Notes under the pieces: generated by a model | Seen by the model: the letters and a program-made list of their open reading frames with translations, nothing else | Databases searched by the model: none | Told to the model about the DNA's origin: nothing | Shown: in pieces, positions 45,406-63,870 of the stretch | Layout of the letters: every line of letters begins with the position of its first letter | Position numbering within the stretch: the first letter of the stretch is position 1 | Origin: Eledone cirrhosa | Lineage: Eukaryota | Assembly (NCBI GenBank): GCA_964016885.1 | Contig: OZ024742.1 | Span: forward strand, 238,576,001-238,640,000 | Length of the DNA: 64,000 nucleotides | Direction of reading: 5' to 3' | Translations under genes and position numbers: made by a program

Positions 45406-46012
45406 TCAGGTCACCAGTTGGTGCTACTGGTAACATGTATCCCAGTACAACCTGTCTCATGGTTGCGTCGTTGGCGACTAAACTGGCAACCCCAACAAGG
45501 TTTCTTGGTGTGGAGGGGGACTTTGGACATCCTGCAGGACTAAAAACAAAACCTGTCAAAGAACAAAAGAGCTCTTAAGAGTCAATGGCCATCCAAAATC
45601 ACCGGGAGAGATGACCCCTTAACCTTTGTCAAGGCAGAATTCTAGGAGAAGGAAAACTCTGATATAACACCTGCAACTCTGATGGTATCCAATGATGTTG
45701 ACTTGTTCTTCTTTTTGGTAAATATCATCTTGGTTAAGAGAGTGGGACTCGCTTTGTGCAGTGCCTTTGGTCACTATAAAAGCTTCACAGCACAGGTATT
45801 GCTTTATATCTGGAGATCTCTCTGCACTTGTCGTCACGTGGTACCATGGGCCCAGCACTGTGTGTCAATAATTGTCACAAGTGTAGTGTTTGTACCAGAG
45901 TTTTCAAGTCGCTGGCTGGACTAAAAAGTCACACTCGTTTAGCGCATTGGTAGGGGTTCTCCTACACGGATATAAAGTAGTGGCTGTACTCGAAAACGAG
46001 TTGGCAGCCACC
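45406..46012 (+). mobile_element. Non-autonomous bipartite RTE-derived element (5' UTR fused to C2H2 C-terminus and terminal hairpin)
   Basis: RTE 5'-UTR-like 'ctaggagaaggaaaactctga', a terminal '[25 protein letters not shown]', and the hairpin GTGGCTG..CTCG AAAA CGAG..CAGCCAC followed by (TA)n. Confidence 0.65.
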
Positions 46013-46022
46013 ATATATATAT

Positions 46023-46125
46023 AGTGGAGATGACGAGGGACCGTGACGAGTGGAGAGATGCTGTGCTGAATAAGACCCGTCCCACCCTTGCAAGCAGGGA
46101 AAAGCGGACGTAAAATGATGATGAT
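46023..46125 (+). mobile_element. RTE-A extreme 3' fragment (~100 bp)
   Basis: Near-identical to the reverse complement of 32791-32897. Confidence 0.9.
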
Positions 46126-46211
46126 ATGTATGTGTATATATATATATATATATATGTATGTGTATATATACATATATATGTATGTGTATATATATATATA
46201 TATATATATGT

Positions 46212-46251
<40 letters not shown>

Positions 46252-46276
46252 ATGTGTATATATATATATATATGTG

Positions 46277-46307
<31 letters not shown>

Positions 46308-46310
46308 GTG

Positions 46311-46341
<31 letters not shown>

Positions 46342-46362
46342 GTGTATGTGTATATATATGTA

Positions 46363-46397
<35 letters not shown>

Positions 46398-46403
46398 GTA
46401 TGT

Positions 46404-46435
<32 letters not shown>

Positions 46436-47592
46436 ATATATATATATGTATGTGTATATATATATATATATGTGTATGTGTATATATATATATATGTGTA
46501 TGTGTATATATATATATATATGTGTATGTGTATATATATATATGTGTATGTGTATATATATATATATGTATGTGTATATATATATATGTGTATGTGTATA
46601 TATATATATATGTGTATGTGTATATATATATATGTGTATGTGTATATATATATATATGTGTATGTGTATATATATATATGTGTATGTGTATATATATATA
46701 TATGTGTATGTGTATATATATATATATGTGTATGTGTATATATATATATGTGTATGTGTATATATATATATGTGTATGTGTATATATATATATATATATG
46801 TATGTGTATATATATATATATGTATGTGTATATATATGTATGTGTATATATATATGTGTATGTGTATATATATATATGTGTATGTGTATATATATATATA
46901 TGTATGTGTATATATGTATGTGTATGTGTATATATATATGTATGTGTATATATATATGTACGTGTATATATATATGTACGTGTATATATATATATATATG
47001 TGTATATATATATATATGTGTATGTGTATATATATGTGTATGTGTATATATATGTGTATGTGTATATATATATGTATGTGTATATATATATATATGTGTA
47101 TGTGTATATATATATGTGTATATATATATGTATGTGTATATATATATATATGTATGTGTATATATATGTGTATGTGTATATATATGTGTATGTGTATATA
47201 TATATATGTGTATGTGTATATATATGTGTATGTGTATATATATGTATGTGTATGTGTATATATATATATATATGTATATGTATGTGTATGTGTATATATA
47301 TATGTATGTGTATATATATATGTACGTGTATATATATGTGTATGTGTATATATATATGTGTATATATATATGTATGTGTATATATATATATATATGTGTA
47401 TGTGTATATATATATGTGTATATATATATATATGTGTATATATATATATATGTGTATGTGTATATATATGTGTATATATATATGTGTATGTATATGTGTA
47501 TATATGTGTATGTGTATATATGTGTATGTGTATGTATATATGTGTATGTATATATGTGTATGTATATATGTGTATGTGTATGTATATATGTG

Positions 47593-47623
<31 letters not shown>

Positions 47624-48138
47624 GTGTATATATATATATATATGTGTATATATATATATATATGTGTATATATATATATATATGTGTATATATATATATA
47701 TATGTGTATATATATATATATATGTGTATATATATATATATATGTGTATATATATATATATGTGTATATATATATATATATGTGTATATATATATATATA
47801 TGTGTATATATATATATATATGTGTATATATATATATATATGTGTATATATATATATATATGTGTATATATATATATATATGTGTATATATATATATATA
47901 TGTGTATATATATATATATATGTGTATATATATATATATATGTGTATATATATATATGTGTATGTGTATATATATATATGTGTATGTGTATATATATATA
48001 TATATATATGTGTATGTGTAGGTATATATATGTATGTGTATATATATATATGTATGTGTATATATGTATATGTATGTATGTGGATATATGTATATGTATG
48101 TATATGTATATGTATGTATGTGTATATATATATATGTA
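46126..48138. repeat. GTGTATGTGT(AT)n array
   Basis: Direct reading of the sequence. Confidence 0.95.
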
Positions 48139-48450
48139 TCATCATCATTTCATTTTAGGTCCGTTTTTTCCCTGCTTGCAAGGGTGGGACGGGAACTGAT
48201 TCTGGCTCGATTTCTACAGCTGGATGCCCTTCCTAACACCAACCTCATTTACAGTGAGTGCTGGGTGCTTTATTGCAGTGGAATGATATGGACCCCAGTC
48301 CCTATCATCTCATTTCTACAGCTGAGTAAACTGGAGCAACGTGAAATAAAGTGTCTTGCTCAAGGAAACAACACATCACCCGGTCTGAGAATTGAAATCA
48401 CAACCTTTCGATTACAAGGCCAATGCTCTAACCACTAAGCCATGTGCCTT
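48139..48450 (-). mobile_element. Full-length tRNA-SINE (duplicate at 51867-52178)
   Basis: A and B boxes, core, and RTE-A-type tail. Confidence 0.9.
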
Positions 48451-49231
48451 CATCATCATCATCGTTTAACGTCCATGTTCCACGCTTGCATGGGTTTGGA
48501 TGGGAGTTTTCCCACTTGAGGCAAGAGTGGTTGTATTGATCGCATAGGACTGTCTGGCAGGTTTTCTACAGTTGGATGCCCTTCCTATCACCAACCACAT
48601 TTACAGTGTGGGGCTGGGAGGTTTTTACCGTGTTGCCTACACGGCCACATTACAGCGTGGACTGTCTGGCGGGTTTTCTACAGCTGGATGCCCTTCCTAA
48701 CACCAACCACATTTACAGTGTGGGACTGGGAGGTTTTTACCGTGTTACCTACACGGCCACATTACAGCGTGGACTGTGTGTTTTTTTGTCGTGACACCTA
48801 CACGATCTCATTTGTTTCGGCCTGGATGTTGTGGCACCAACATAACTTTACATTGAAAGGGGCGGTGTGGATGGGGTGGGAGTGGTGGGACGGGGGTGTG
48901 TTTTGTTAGAGATGCCTACTGACTGTAGTAGGTTTTACTTTGTATTCAGGTAAGGCGGGTCTTCTCTATTACTGAGTACCGCCAAAGATCTCGGTCCAGT
49001 GACATTGTCTTGGAGTGTGTGAGGTCGGAATTTATCAGGTCGTCCCAGGTTTTTCTGGGTCTGCCTACTCCGTGGCTACCGTCTATCTTTATTGTCCTGC
49101 ACATTTTTATATTGCTGTTGTCTTTCATGCGCATCACGTGACCATACCAACGTAGCCTTCTCTCGACTAAACAACATCTGATCCCTCTTATTTCTAATTT
49201 TTCCCTTAGTTCGTTTATGCTTTGCCTCCAT
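48451..49231 (-). mobile_element. RTE-C 3' fragment with ~112-bp internal duplication (duplicate at 52179-52959)
   Basis: [13 protein letters not shown]. The UTR block 48547-48658 repeats at 48659-48770. Confidence 0.9.
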
Positions 49232-49806
49232 GTATGTGTATACATATATATATGTATGTGTATACATATGTGTATATCTATGTGTATATATATATGTATG
49301 TGTATACATATATGTGTATATGTATGTGTATATATATTTGTGTATATATATTTGTGTATATATATTTGTGTATATATATTTGTGTATATATATTTGTGTG
49401 TATATATATTTGTGTGTATATATATTTGTGTGTATATATATTTGTGTGTATATATATTTGAGTATATATGTATGTGTGTGTATATATATTTATGTGTATA
49501 TATGTATGTATGTGTGTATATATTTGTGTATATATATATATCTGTGTATATATATATCTGTGTATATGTATGTGTATATATATATATATATGTATGTGTA
49601 TATGTATGTGTATATATGTATGTGTATATATATATGTATGTGTATATGTATGTGTGTATATATGTGAAAACGTGTATGTGTGTGTATGTATATATATATA
49701 TATATAGTAATAATAATAAATTTGAAGACTAAAATCCAAAGAGGGCTTGATAAGGATAAATATATATCAAATATATAAGAACCGTAGAGCAAATATTTAT
49801 TAAAAT

Positions 49807-50060
49807 AACAGATTAAAGTTTAAGCAAAGAACCGTTGCTTTCACCCTTAATGGGATCTTCTGAGACTAACAAAGTCAATCTGTGAACGCAGAAGTGAATA
49901 TGTCAAAAAACGTTGCAACCGGAGGAAGACAGAAAGACGATACTTTGGTTCATGGAAACGTTCCCTGGCAAAAACAAATATAATACGTCCTTATATATTA
50001 CTTTCAGAAGATCCTGTGAAGGGTGAAAGCAGCGATTCTTTGCTTAAACTTTAATCTGTT
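49807..50060. mobile_element. Inverted-repeat element, ~60-bp arms around ~130 bp (duplicate at 53535-53788)
   Basis: aacagattaaagtttaagcaaagaa...gctttcaccctt...ggatcttctga and its reverse complement. Confidence 0.75.
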
Positions 50061-50164
50061 TTAAAAAATCCATTTTACGTCCGCTTTTTCCCCTGCTTGC
50101 AAGGGTGGGACGGGAACCGATTCTGGCTTGATTTCTACAGCTGGATGCCCTTCCTAACACCAAC

Positions 50165-50323
50165 CGGTGTTTTAGGTATTTTTAATAAAGTTAGGGTAAT
50201 GAAAATTTAACTACTGATAGAACATATAATGAGCCATTTAATGATACAATCATATTTTTAAAAAAATAACAAGGAAATAACTCATGAAGAAAAATCAATA
50301 TTTTTATAACGCAAAAGTTTACA

Positions 50324-50332
<9 letters not shown>
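50165..50332 (+). mobile_element. Fragment of the Tc1-like inverted repeat (duplicate at 53893-54060)
   Basis: Nearly identical to 59771-59936. Confidence 0.8.
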
Positions 50333-50384
<52 letters not shown>

Positions 50385-50400
50385 ATATATGTGTGTGTAT

Positions 50401-50793
50401 ATCATCATCACCGTTTTATGTCCGTTCTTCCATGCTAGCACGGGTTGTCCTGTTGTGGGCAGTGTCTGGTCGGCGGCTTACCATGCCTTGCTCATACAGG
50501 AACTGATTTGGCTTGATTTATACAGCTGGATGCCCTTCCTAACACCAACCTCATTTACAGTGAGTGCTGGGTGCTTTTTCGTGGCGCCTACACGTCCACT
50601 TTACAGTGTGGGCTGGGTGCTTTTTTACCGTGGGGGGGGGGGGGGGGGCATATTGTCTATATGCTTCAGCTTGTACCCATGGGAGGTCCGGTACTCTGTA
50701 TTACTGCGTGACGCCAGAGGTCACGGTCGTGTGTCATTGCCTTTGAGAGGTGTAATTGGGTAAGGTCGGCTTTTATCACCTCATCCCAGGTCA
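50401..50793 (-). mobile_element. RTE-B 3' fragment with full 3' UTR (duplicate at 54129-54519)
   Basis: [19 protein letters not shown]-terminus, poly-C, UTR and (GAT)n tail. Confidence 0.9.
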
Positions 50794-50892
50794 TATATAT
50801 GTGTGTATATATATATGTGTATATGTATGTGTATATATGTATGTGTATATATATATGTGTATATATGTGTGTGTATATATATATATATATAT

Positions 50893-50939
<47 letters not shown>

Positions 50940-51498
50940 ATATATATGTGTGTGTATATATATATGTGTGTGTGTGTATATATATGTGTGTGTATATATA
51001 TATGTGTGTGTGTGTATATATATGTGTGTGTATATATATATGTGTGTGTGTGTATATATATATGTGTATATATATATGTATGTGTGTGTATATATATGTG
51101 TGTATATATATGTGTGTGTATATATGTGTGTGTGTATATATGTGTGTGTGTATATATGTGTGTATATATATATGTGTGTATATATATATGTGTGTGTATA
51201 TATATGTGTGTGTATATATATGTGTGTGTATATATATATGTGTGTGTATATATATATGTGTGTGTATATATATGTGTGTGTATATATATGTGTGTGTATA
51301 TATATATGTGTGTGTATATATATGTGTGTGTATATATATATGTGTGTGTATATATATGTGTGTATATATATGTGTGTATATATATGTGTGTGTATATATG
51401 TGTGTGTATATATGTGTGTGTATATATGTGTGTGTATATATGTGTGTATATATATGTGTGTATATATGTGTGTATATATATGTGTGTGTATATATATA

Positions 51499-51529
<31 letters not shown>

Positions 51530-54051
51530 GTGTGTATATATATATATATGTGTGTATATATATATATATGTGTATATATATATATATATGTGTATATATA
51601 TATATATATGTGTATATATATATATATATGTGTATATATATATATATATGTGTATATATATATATATATGTGTATATATATATATGTGTATGTGTATATA
51701 TATATATGTGTATGTGTATATATATATATATATATATGTGTATGTGTAGGTATATATATGTATGTGTATATATATATATGTATGTGTATATATGTATATG
51801 TATGTATGTGGATATATGTATATGTATGTATATGTATATGTATGTATGTGTATATATATATATGTATCATCATCATTTCATTTTAGGTCCGTTTTTTCCC
51901 TGCTTGCAAGGGTGGGACGGGAACTGATTCTGGCTCGATTTCTACAGCTGGATGCCCTTCCTAACACCAACCTCATTTACAGTGAGTGCTGGGTGCTTTA
52001 TTGCAGTGGAATGATATGGACCCCAGTCCCTATCATCTCATTTCTACAGCTGAGTAAACTGGAGCAACGTGAAATAAAGTGTCTTGCTCAAGGAAACAAC
52101 ACATCACCCGGTCTGAGAATTGAAATCACAACCTTTCGATTACAAGGCCAATGCTCTAACCACTAAGCCATGTGCCTTCATCATCATCATCGTTTAACGT
52201 CCATGTTCCACGCTTGCATGGGTTTGGATGGGAGTTTTCCCACTTGAGGCAAGAGTGGTTGTATTGATCGCATAGGACTGTCTGGCAGGTTTTCTACAGT
52301 TGGATGCCCTTCCTATCACCAACCACATTTACAGTGTGGGGCTGGGAGGTTTTTACCGTGTTGCCTACACGGCCACATTACAGCGTGGACTGTCTGGCGG
52401 GTTTTCTACAGCTGGATGCCCTTCCTAACACCAACCACATTTACAGTGTGGGACTGGGAGGTTTTTACCGTGTTACCTACACGGCCACATTACAGCGTGG
52501 ACTGTGTGTTTTTTTGTCGTGACACCTACACGATCTCATTTGTTTCGGCCTGGATGTTGTGGCACCAACATAACTTTACATTGAAAGGGGCGGTGTGGAT
52601 GGGGTGGGAGTGGTGGGACGGGGGTGTGTTTTGTTAGAGATGCCTACTGACTGTAGTAGGTTTTACTTTGTATTCAGGTAAGGCGGGTCTTCTCTATTAC
52701 TGAGTACCGCCAAAGATCTCGGTCCAGTGACATTGTCTTGGAGTGTGTGAGGTCGGAATTTATCAGGTCGTCCCAGGTTTTTCTGGGTCTGCCTACTCCG
52801 TGGCTACCGTCTATCTTTATTGTCCTGCACATTTTTATATTGCTGTTGTCTTTCATGCGCATCACGTGACCATACCAACGTAGCCTTCTCTCGACTAAAC
52901 AACATCTGATCCCTCTTATTTCTAATTTTTCCCTTAGTTCGTTTATGCTTTGCCTCCATGTATGTGTATACATATATATATGTATGTGTATACATATGTG
53001 TATATCTATGTGTATATATATATGTATGTGTATACATATATGTGTATATGTATGTGTATATATATTTGTGTATATATATTTGTGTATATATATTTGTGTA
53101 TATATATTTGTGTATATATATTTGTGTGTATATATATTTGTGTGTATATATATTTGTGTGTATATATATTTGTGTGTATATATATTTGAGTATATATGTA
53201 TGTGTGTGTATATATATTTATGTGTATATATGTATGTATGTGTGTATATATTTGTGTATATATATATATCTGTGTATATATATATCTGTGTATATGTATG
53301 TGTATATATATATATATATGTATGTGTATATGTATGTGTATATATGTATGTGTATATATATATGTATGTGTATATGTATGTGTGTATATATGTGAAAACG
53401 TGTATGTGTGTGTATGTATATATATATATATATAGTAATAATAATAAATTTGAAGACTAAAATCCAAAGAGGGCTTGATAAGGATAAATATATATCAAAT
53501 ATATAAGAACCGTAGAGCAAATATTTATTAAAATAACAGATTAAAGTTTAAGCAAAGAACCGTTGCTTTCACCCTTAATGGGATCTTCTGAGACTAACAA
53601 AGTCAATCTGTGAACGCAGAAGTGAATATGTCAAAAAACGTTGCAACCGGAGGAAGACAGAAAGACGATACTTTGGTTCATGGAAACGTTCCCTGGCAAA
53701 AACAAATATAATACGTCCTTATATATTACTTTCAGAAGATCCTGTGAAGGGTGAAAGCAGCGATTCTTTGCTTAAACTTTAATCTGTTTTAAAAAATCCA
53801 TTTTACGTCCGCTTTTTCCCCTGCTTGCAAGGGTGGGACGGGAACCGATTCTGGCTTGATTTCTACAGCTGGATGCCCTTCCTAACACCAACCGGTGTTT
53901 TAGGTATTTTTAATAAAGTTAGGGTAATGAAAATTTAACTACTGATAGAACATATAATGAGCCATTTAATGATACAATCATATTTTTAAAAAAATAACAA
54001 GGAAATAACTCATGAAGAAAAATCAATATTTTTATAACGCAAAAGTTTACA

Positions 54052-54112
<61 letters not shown>

Positions 54113-54519
54113 ATATATGTGTGTGTATATCATCATCACCGTTTTATGTCCGTTCTTCCATGCTAGCACGGGTTGTCCTGTTGTGGGCAGTGTCTGGTCG
54201 GCGGCTTACCATGCCTTGCTCATACAGGAACTGATTTGGCTTGATTTATACAGCTGGATGCCCTTCCTAACACCAACCTCATTTACAGTGAGTGCTGGGT
54301 GCTTTTTCGTGGCGCCTACACGTCCACTTTACAGTGTGGGCTGGGTGCTTTTTTACCGTGGGGGGGGGGGGGGGCATATTGTCTATATGCTTCAGCTTGT
54401 ACCCATGGGAGGTCCGGTACTCTGTATTACTGCGTGACGCCAGAGGTCACGGTCGTGTGTCATTGCCTTTGAGAGGTGTAATTGGGTAAGGTCGGCTTTT
54501 ATCACCTCATCCCAGGTCA

Positions 54520-59731
<5,212 letters not shown>

Positions 59732-60080
59732 CAGTGCCCCGCAAAAGTTTACAACACATTAGGGAAAATGCGGTTTTAGGTATTTTTAATAAAGTTAGGG
59801 TAATGAAAATTTAACTACTGATAGAACATATAATGAGGCATTTAATGATACAATCATATTTTTTTTTAAATAACAAGGAAATAACTCATGAAGAAAAATC
59901 AATATTTTTATAACGCAAAAGTTTACAACACATTTTATATTTATCGCTTTTTTTTCAAGAAAATTCTTAAATTTTCAGATTTAAAATTCAGTAGAATGTT
60001 CTAGATTAGGTTTAAGGTAACTTCTAAGGACTATTAAAAACATTACGTCATTATTTGTCTGACAACCATCATGTAAACAT
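59732..60080 (+). mobile_element. Tc1/mariner IR/DR-type terminal repeat (solo end)
   Basis: TA|CAGTG start and a 21-bp direct repeat CGCAAAAGTTTACAACACATT at 59740 and 59914. Confidence 0.8.
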
Positions 60081-60455
60081 TGATATATATGTGTGTATAT
60101 ATATATATATATGTGTGTATATATATATATATATGTGTGTATATATATATATGTGTGTATATATATATATGTGTGTGTGTATATATATATATGTGTGTGT
60201 GTGTATATATATGTGTGTATATATATGTGTGTGTATATATATGTGTGTATATATATATGTGTGTGTATATATATGTGTATATATATATGTGTATATATAT
60301 GTGTGTATATATGTGTGTATATGTGTGTGTATATATGTGTGTGTATATATATGTGTGTGTATATATATATATGTGTATGTATATATATATATATATGTGT
60401 ATATATATATATATATATGTGTATGTATATATATATATATATATATATGTGTATA

Positions 60456-60750
60456 CTCTTTTACTCTTTTACCTGTTTCAGCCATCCGGCTCAGGCCATG
60501 CTGGGGCACCGCCCTTGTTGCTACACATTTTATCTCCAGCCTGTATAGGTTGGCCACTGGTGTAGGAGGGAGTTTGTTGCTGTGGGCTCATCCGGGATCC
60601 TGGATAACAAGGTGTCGAGATGTTTCTTAAAGACACCCACCTCCACATCATGCAAGTCTCGCAGATGCCTCGGCAGCCAGTTGAAGAGTTGAAGTCCCGC
60701 TGATGCCTCGGCAGCCAGTTGAAGAGTTGAGGGCCCTTGAATCCCAGGCT

Positions 60751-60753
<3 letters not shown>
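60456..60753 (-). mobile_element. CR1-like LINE 3' end
   Basis: [48 protein letters not shown], a short internal duplication, and a (TAAAAGAG)2 tail. Confidence 0.75.
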
Positions 60754-60817
<64 letters not shown>

Positions 60818-60893
60818 ATGTATATATATATATATGTGTGTATGTATATATATATATATGTGTGTGTATGTATATATATATATATGTGTGTGT

Positions 60894-60924
<31 letters not shown>

Positions 60925-61152
60925 TATGTATATATATATATATATGTGTATGTATATATATATATATATGTGTATGTATATATATATATATGTGTATGTA
61001 TATATATATATATATATACATGTAAAGTTATATTTAAAATTGTTGGGTTACAACTAGTAAATATTTATAACTGATATAAAAGCACTCGACAAATACTTGG
61101 AGTATATTTACAATATTAAATAAATGGAAAACTATATTTATAAAACCATATT

Positions 61153-61218
61153 TATTTCATTATATATATTTCGGGGATATCATATTAACAATATGCTATG
61201 CCTTCATCAGACAAAATA
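61153..61218 (-). ncRNA. Minimal hammerhead ribozyme in the Penelope pLTR
   Basis: TATTTTGT CTGATGA [AGGCATA G CATATT GTT AATATG A TATCCCC] GAAA TATATA TA ATGAAATA. Confidence 0.7.
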
Positions 61219-61581
61219 CAATATAAACAGTTTTATAGATAAATATATTCGACATACCGTAATAAACATCAACTTCATTTGAAGAGGTTCACTCTAGCAG
61301 TGAAAATACAGAGAGAAAGAAAGAGAGAGAGAAAAGAGGGAAATAAGAAAGAAAGAAAGACGAAACGAAGAAAAGGAAGAAAAAGAAGAAAAAGAAGAAA
61401 TGCATGGGACAAAATAGAGAGATGGAAAAATAGATAAAGCGAAGAGCTTCATGTAAAGAGACCGAAAGAGATATATATATATATATAGAGAGAGGAAATA
61501 GAGATAGATACATATATAAATATAGATATAGAAAAATTAGGTAGTGGGAGGTCATTTTGAGTAAGTGTATCAATGATGCAT

Positions 61582-61616
<35 letters not shown>

Positions 61617-62735
61617 GCTCAAGTATTAATGTAAGGGAGATATAGAGAGATATAGAGAGATATAGAGAGAGAAAAATTTAAAAATAGCCAGACATATTCG
61701 AGGCGTAGAAAACCCTATGTTTTAATGTATTAGTATTTATAAAACTTACACTATATTGTAAATATCAGTATTCCTGAATGAAACAAGTATTCACAATGCG
61801 TGAAAATTCATTATCTTATGTTTAGTTTTTTAAAAAATTCATATGTCTATGTGAATCCAACTGATTCACTCCGCAAATTCAAAGTTACCGGAAAACATTC
61901 TCAATGTGGTATAAACATTTGAGCGTATTATTATTCTTGCGATTACTCTACAAGATTATCTATCAAGCAGAAATAGAGAGCAGATTTCAATATACTAATC
62001 GAAAATATATATTATATTATAAGCAGAGATAACAATAATAATGATAATAAGTAAAAATATATAAAAATATAAAAATATAGAATAGAAAACTAAAAAAGAA
62101 TATTACGAAAGAATATTACATAATAAAAATATTGCATATTAAAAATACTATGTTTTAAAATTATTACGTATTAAAACTTTACATATAAAAATATTAAAAA
62201 TAAAAATAAAATAAAATAAAAAATAAAAAATAAAAATATAAAAATATTATAGAATACTACAATACTAAAAGAATAAAAATAAAAATAAAAATAAAAATAA
62301 AAATAAAAATAAAAATAAAAATAAAAATAAAAATAAAAATAAAAAATAAACCACAAAGAACAACCCTTCAAGGTTAATTGACAATATATTGCCAAGTTCA
62401 CTACAAGACAAAGCCAAAAATTATCTATCAAATCACATCTAGCAAGGAATATCGCAAAAAAAAAAAAAAAAGGTTATGATGTCCAATAATGTCTACATAT
62501 GTTCCTATATTTAATATATAAGTTTATCAAGTGTAAGGTTAATTCATAAAATTTGGAGCATCGGCTTTTAGGGTAGCTTAATTTTTCATGAGGAATGTTT
62601 AGATAAAAATAAAAATAAAAAATAAAAATAAAAATAAATACAATAAAATAAACAGTAAAAAGAGGGAATCAAAGATTTAGGAATCAAAAGATTTATCGGC
62701 TAGTTCTCATATAAATATAAATCAAACTAAATATA

Positions 62736-63870
62736 CTACATTTTAAATTTAAATTTATATTTAAACGTTGAGTTTAATCTATGTTTGCAACAACTGAATA
62801 AATTTGTCCGTAGGTTAAGGGAATTTTTAGATTTTAGTATAAAGAATATCTCCTCTGCGCAGAGGTCACATGTCTCAGAGGATGAATTAAAAGGAATCCC
62901 TCTTGAGACTATATTCCAAGCCGTCGAATATCTAACGTTATCTAGCTTAAGTTGCCAGAGTACACCTGATAGTGCCGTTGAAGATTTTTTATTTGGATCT
63001 GTGAAAGAATTCTTGTGGTTATTATAGCGAAGTTTAAATTCCGTCGATGTGGAACCGACGTAGTTAAAAGAATTAGAGTCAGTATTAACATTACAATTGT
63101 ATACTATATTTTTAACTAAGCAGTTGTTATTTAACGGACATTTAGATCTATCTCTACAGTTGCATTTGTTAACTTGTATATTATTTATGCTATTATCAGT
63201 AGTTTTTAAGTTCCTATTATTTATTCTATTAATATTTTGTGCTAAATTTTTGGTGGATGAATAGGTTAATTTAATTGTATGCCTATTGAAGATTGAGTGG
63301 TACCTATGTGTTCTAGGGAAGCGATTATCAAGAGCTTTGAAAAATAATTTAGCGATGTGGGTTTTAATGTTTAGTGAGAAAGGGGGGGCAAACCAAATTA
63401 TGTTCCTAGTTCTATTTCTTTTTTGTCCTTTGGAATTATTGTAATGCTTTCTATTATAGTTGTTAATGTTGTTGCCATAATTAAAAAAGTTGTTACTTTG
63501 TTTAGTTTGTTTATCATTATCTATGTACACAATCTTATCAGCATACCCTGCCCTAGCTAGTGCATCATTATAGTATTGGGCCTTTTCGTCAAAAATCTTT
63601 CTATTCGACGAGATCCTAGAGATACGCTTTTGGACTGAGTTTACTATAGTGTTTTTGACAGATCTGGGGTGGTTAGAGTTAAAGTTGACATAGTTTAAGT
63701 TTTCATTCAACTTGTGAAAAGGATAGTGGAGACATGTGTTGAGATTTAATGTTATATCTAGGAAATTGACTATTCTATGGTTGTTCTCAATTTCTATTTT
63801 AAGGTTAAAGTAATTAAAAAATTTTGTAATTTGTTTACATTTTCTATTTAGTTCAGGGTTATTATTATTA
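62736..63870 (-). CDS. Penelope-like RT C-terminus/thumb plus GIY-YIG endonuclease (truncated ORF)
   Basis: VNFLDITLNL, SNHP, WFAPPFS, CNCRDRSKCPLNNNCL, IVY...YVGSTSTEFKLRYNNHKNSF and CDLCAEE. The frame stays open up to the junction at about 63870. Confidence 0.9.

Larger units (their letters stand above)
61060..63870 (-). mobile_element. 5'-truncated Penelope-like retroelement with long 3' region/pLTR
   Basis: RT thumb, GIY-YIG ORF, hammerhead motif and inverted pLTR. The left boundary is approximate. Confidence 0.85.

Noticed and set aside
45480-45525. Twister ribozyme (TAA...GGAGGG)
   Set aside because: The central GCC-GGUCCCAAGCCC-type P4/pseudoknot element is missing.
62200-62350. (TAAAAA)n read as an FY-rich membrane peptide or a telomeric repeat
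   Set aside because: It is a simple repeat within the Penelope 3' region and is not TTAGGG.
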